This document shows, in pieces, positions 26,103-26,179 of a stretch of DNA of 26,179 bases. This stretch comes from a virus. Lineage: Duplodnaviria; Caudoviricetes. Below the pieces are notes generated by a model that was given only the letters and a program-made list of their open reading frames with translations, was not told where the DNA came from and ran no database searches. Within the stretch, counting starts at the first letter, position 1, and the number at the start of each line of letters is the position of its first letter. The translations under genes and the position numbers were made by a program. The DNA is taken from IMG/VR virus record IMGVR_UViG_3300017780_006067, positions 1-26,179 of that record. The stretch is one strand, 5' to 3'.

Positions 26103-26179
26103 ATGGCTGATTTATTGATGAAAATGCCGATTCCTTACGAACCGAAAAGACAGAATCGATTCATACTAAGGTTTCCATC
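26103..26179 (+). CDS. gp19: Tail tube protein (T4 gp19-like), 3'-partial
   Basis: MADLLMKMPIPYEPKRQNRFILRFP; EPKR.NRF is typical of tube protein N-termini, and it lies downstream of the sheath gene. Confidence 0.7.
   Translation, partial: MADLLMKMPIPYEPKRQNRFILRFP

Noticed and set aside
1-26179. Stop-codon reassignment as in some jumbo phages
   Set aside because: Genes are full length and tile densely under code 11; the stops checked are TAA apart from one TGA, and no gene appears broken by TAG or TGA.
1-26179. Eukaryotic giant virus origin (suggested by GT60, LRR, SNF2 and PolB)
   Set aside because: Contractile tail sheath, tube and neck genes, overlapping operonic genes and intrinsic terminators indicate a tailed bacteriophage.

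Overview
AT-rich, gene-dense segment of a large (jumbo-type) contractile-tailed dsDNA phage, read with the standard code 11. From left to right: (i) the 3' end of a mucin-like Thr/Pro-repeat protein; (ii) a tightly coupled operon of seven glycosyltransferase-like genes led by a GT60-type polypeptide alpha-GlcNAc transferase; (iii) a BppU-like small gene, a family B DNA polymerase and a SNF2 helicase, mixed with T4-like head/neck/tail genes (gp13-, gp14-, gp15-like, sheath gp18, start of tube gp19); (iv) accessory genes between the structural genes: a superoxide dismutase fused to a PD-(D/E)xK-like domain, two tandem acidic paralogs with a recombination scar, a Zn-ribbon protein, an LRR protein, a HAD phosphatase and a 53-aa ribbon-helix-helix gene missing from the ORF track. 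Several accessory proteins carry short I/L/V-x-E leaders resembling prohead-protease-cleaved capsid-targeting peptides. A TATTTAT motif precedes the structural genes. TTG-N19/20-TATATTTA elements and the lack of Shine-Dalgarno sequences suggest a Bacteroidota host. The best candidate for a novel system is a phage-encoded, cytoplasmic mucin-type O-glycosylation pathway sitting next to its likely substrate. All family assignments come from motif recognition by eye, not from database searches.
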